Positions 61,140-64,000 of a DNA stretch of 64,000 bases are shown here, in pieces. This DNA is from Azolla caroliniana (taxonomy: Eukaryota; Plantae; Polypodiophyta), in NCBI GenBank assembly GCA_043228905.1, contig JBHGNT010000030.1, forward strand, positions 186,001 through 250,000, in the 5' to 3' direction. The notes under the pieces are model-generated. The model saw only the letters and a list, made by a program, of their open reading frames with translations. It was not told the origin of the DNA and searched no databases. A program made the position numbers and the translations under genes. Position 1 is the first letter of the stretch; each line of letters opens with the position of its first letter.

Positions 61140-64000
61140 GTGCACGATCTTGGAAACTGTCATAAGCAGGTAGTCAACCCAATCGAATGCTACTTGATCT
61201 TCCGCATTGACGGCCTCGACTACAACATCTGGTATCAGAGCTAGGTTCCTCGACCCGCTGTCGGCCGTCATCACAGCCCGCACAGTATTCGGTCTTTCGC
61301 TTCATCCTAGTCTGCAAAGCATTCGGTTTCCTGCGTCATTCGAAGAAACAGAGAAGAAAGTAGGCAAACACAAGCTTGAATCTCGCCGCGTTAGATCATC
61401 ACTCGGAGTAAACCAGTCGGCTGTACTCTACTTCCTTGATCGTAACTGCTTGAGGTGGGCTTTCTGCACAACGACGACTTCAAGGACAACCCCAGTTCGT
61501 GTTTCATTCGATTGGACAATAATCGGAAGGACCAGTCGGTTCCATTGCTCTCACCGTTGCAGTCAACCGAAACCGAATCGGCTTGAAGTACTGTCGGATC
61601 GGTAAATCTAGGTTCAACTCGACTAAGACAGTTGTCGGTAGTCAATCCGAACCAAATCCCCGATTCTCCGTAATCAACATCACTTGTGTCCAACTTCGGC
61701 TAGAATGACACTGAGTGGGCCAAACCGCTGCACTTCACCAAAGTTCGTAGCCGACTTAGGGCAGAGTCATGACATCAACATCCGGCTCGTCAGAAATGAG
61801 TCTACGAAAGTTCGATGGATCGAACTTCAACTTCTGGAAGGAGCAAATGCAGGACTATCTCATAGTCAAGGGGCAAATCGATCCCATCGAAAATGAAGCA
61901 CCTCCAGAAGGATACAAACCAATTGACTGGCAGAAGCTGGACAGAATCGTCCGCGCCACGATTCGGATGCACCTATCGGAATCGGTATACTTTACGGTGC
62001 AATCGTGTACGACAGCATTCGAACTGTGGAAAACACTGTCGGACACCTACGAGAAGAAGGTCGCTGCGACGAAGATGTTTCTGATCCGGCGCCTCTACAA
62101 CTTGCGGATGAAAGAATCAGATTCGGTTCAAGCACATCTCAATGAGTACGAAAGCATAAGCTCCCAAATCTCATCTCAGGGGACGGCAATCGAGGATGAA
62201 CTCAGAGCAATGATACTCATGAGCAGCCTTCCCTCATCATGGGAAACCTTCGTCACAACCGTGTGCAACGCGTCAACCACGGCTGTTAAATACCCCGAAG
62301 TCACGAGCGCAATCCTGACCGAAGTAGCTCGGAGAAAGTCTTTCGCCAAAGACTCAACAGACGACGCTTATGTAGTACAAGGTTCGACAGAACGATCGAA
62401 CATACGAGGAAGAGATTCCTCACGGCAGCCGAACAATCAGCGAAGACGGAGCCAGTCACGGGATAATCGAATCTGCAACTATTGCAAGAAACCCGGACAC
62501 ATCAAAGCCGACTGCCGCGCACTCAAGAACAAGAACGACAAGTCTCAGAAATCAGACAAGAAGAGTGGCCGGCATGAGGAGATCAATTACGTCAGCTTCT
62601 CAGCTGATGTGCTACCAAACGACCCGAATATACTATCAATCGAAAATCCAGTCGGATCAGAAGTTCTGCTCACGACTGAAGAATCGAGCACATGGCTCTT
62701 AGATTCGGGCGCGTCATTTCACGTGACTCCTCATCGATCCCAATTTCGGCAATATACGATCCGTCACTCCGACTCAGTTCGAGTCGGCAACTCGCAACAC
62801 TGTGACATCATTGGAATCGGCACAGTAGAGCTCAACCTTGCAGGTGGCTCTACACTTGTACTTCACAATGTCCGACATGTACCCGAGCTCTCAAGGCCAT
62901 TGATCTCAGTCGGACAACTAGATGAAGACGGCATTCGTGCCGGTTTTTCTTCGGGAGGGTGGACACTCCACAGGGGGAACCTCCTGCTTGCTAGAGGACC
63001 CAAGATACACTCACTGTATCCGTTACATGTTACGCTCAGAGAGGGTAACCTGTTTTTGGTGGACATTCCTGTGTCATCACTATGGCACAGAAGATTAGGA
63101 CACCTCAGCAAGGCCGGCATTACGCATCTATCTAGAGCCGGATACATCCCTAAACTCTCCTTCTCGGACCATCAATTCTGCGAACATTGCCAGTATGGCA
63201 AACAAGCAGCCGCATCACACCCGACATCAGCACCAAGAGAAACGAGACCTCTCGATTTAGTCCACTCGGACGTCTGTGGCCCAATGCCGCATCAGTCTCT
63301 CGGCGGTGCCTCTTACTTCGTCAGTTTTATTGACGATTCGACTCGAAAGGTGTGGGCTTATCCAATTCGCACCAAAGATCGTGTCTTCTCGATCTTCTCC
63401 GATTGGCTCGCTATGGTAGAAAATCAAACTGACCGAAAACTGAAATGCTTTCGGACCGACAATGGGGGAGAGTTCAAATCAGAAGAATTCGTCAAATTCT
63501 GCCGACAACGCGGCATCCGACGTGAATTTACGGCACCACACAGTCCGGAGCAAAACGGGATTGCAGAACGCATGAATCGGACAATCCAAGAACGGATAGT
63601 TTCCATGCTCCAACACTCCGGACTGTCGGATGGCTTCTGGGCAGAGGCTCTACTCACGGCAGTACACATAATCAATATGTCGCCAAGCAGACCTCTAGGA
63701 CTTCAAATTCCTCAGGAACTATGGATCGGCAGTAAGCCGAATTACGACAAGCTGAGGATCTTCGGATGCGAGGCGTACGCCCTTATTCCGAAAGATGATC
63801 GCCGAAAACTTGCACCTCGGTCCAGGAAATGCATTTTCCTTGGATATGGATCAGACGGCAAAATGGGATACCGACTCTGGGACCCCGAACGCAGACAAAT
63901 CGTTCGAAGTTCGGATGTTGTGTTCAACGAGTCGGCTATGAATCCATCAGTCAAAACACCGATCGAAGTCCGAAGGGTAACATTTTCCGATGTGCCGACC
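60770..64000 (+). mobile_element. Ty1/Copia element F (5' part; runs off the window)
   Basis: 5' LTR from ~60770 (left edge uncertain) to 61227 (...CAACA), with TATA and (CT)n. PBS TGGTATCAGAGC at 61230-61241. Confidence 0.92.
61769..64000 (+). CDS. Copia F gag-protease-integrase polyprotein, apparently uninterrupted, partial
   Basis: MTSTSGSSEMSLRKFDGSNFNFWKEQM, CNYCKKPGHIKADC, WLLDSGASFHV, LWHRRLGH, CEHC, HSDVCGP, RTDNGGEF, QNGIAERMNRT. Absent from the ORF track, consistent with no stop before the window end. Confidence 0.9.
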   Translation, partial: MTSTSGSSEMSLRKFDGSNFNFWKEQMQDYLIVKGQIDPIENEAPPEGYKPIDWQKLDRIVRATIRMHLSESVYFTVQSCTTAFELWKTLSDTYEKKVAATKMFLIRRLYNLRMKESDSVQAHLNEYESISSQISSQGTAIEDELRAMILMSSLPSSWETFVTTVCNASTTAVKYPEVTSAILTEVARRKSFAKDSTDDAYVVQGSTERSNIRGRDSSRQPNNQRRRSQSRDNRICNYCKKPGHIKADCRALKNKNDKSQKSDKKSGRHEEINYVSFSADVLPNDPNILSIENPVGSEVLLTTEESSTWLLDSGASFHVTPHRSQFRQYTIRHSDSVRVGNSQHCDIIGIGTVELNLAGGSTLVLHNVRHVPELSRPLISVGQLDEDGIRAGFSSGGWTLHRGNLLLARGPKIHSLYPLHVTLREGNLFLVDIPVSSLWHRRLGHLSKAGITHLSRAGYIPKLSFSDHQFCEHCQYGKQAAASHPTSAPRETRPLDLVHSDVCGPMPHQSLGGASYFVSFIDDSTRKVWAYPIRTKDRVFSIFSDWLAMVENQTDRKLKCFRTDNGGEFKSEEFVKFCRQRGIRREFTAPHSPEQNGIAERMNRTIQERIVSMLQHSGLSDGFWAEALLTAVHIINMSPSRPLGLQIPQELWIGSKPNYDKLRIFGCEAYALIPKDDRRKLAPRSRKCIFLGYGSDGKMGYRLWDPERRQIVRSSDVVFNESAMNPSVKTPIEVRRVTFSDVPT

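Overview
Eukaryotic land-plant genomic DNA. A fern or other non-seed plant is my inference from the TE lineages, the PLS-PPR debris and the microsatellite-rich introns. The first ~13 kb holds two multi-exon minus-strand genes, both reconstructed exon by exon: a YeeZ-like NAD(P)-binding Rossmann-fold SDR (8 exons) and a CIB/BEE-type subfamily XII bHLH transcription factor (9 exons). At 18.0-22.9 kb there is a ~752-bp tandem array built as LTR-(internal-LTR)x6, resembling a tandem-array TRIM. From ~23 kb to the end lies a deep nest of LTR retrotransposons (Copia and Gypsy, up to three levels). The most notable component is a very young, GC/CpG-rich Gypsy family present in three copies (A1 28463-35626, B 41033-55510, A2 46680-53845). 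It has an 18-nt tRNA-Trp primer-binding site and 4-bp target-site duplications that are all centred on CpG (CCGT, ACGG, ACGT). Its protease motif is DHG and its RT motif is FLDD. Gag-protease and RT-RH-IN lie in separate frames, joined by an apparent -1 programmed ribosomal frameshift: a G_GAU_UUU heptamer, a 6-nt spacer and a predicted pseudoknot. This site lies after the protease rather than between gag and protease. All comparisons were done by eye, and no database searches were run.
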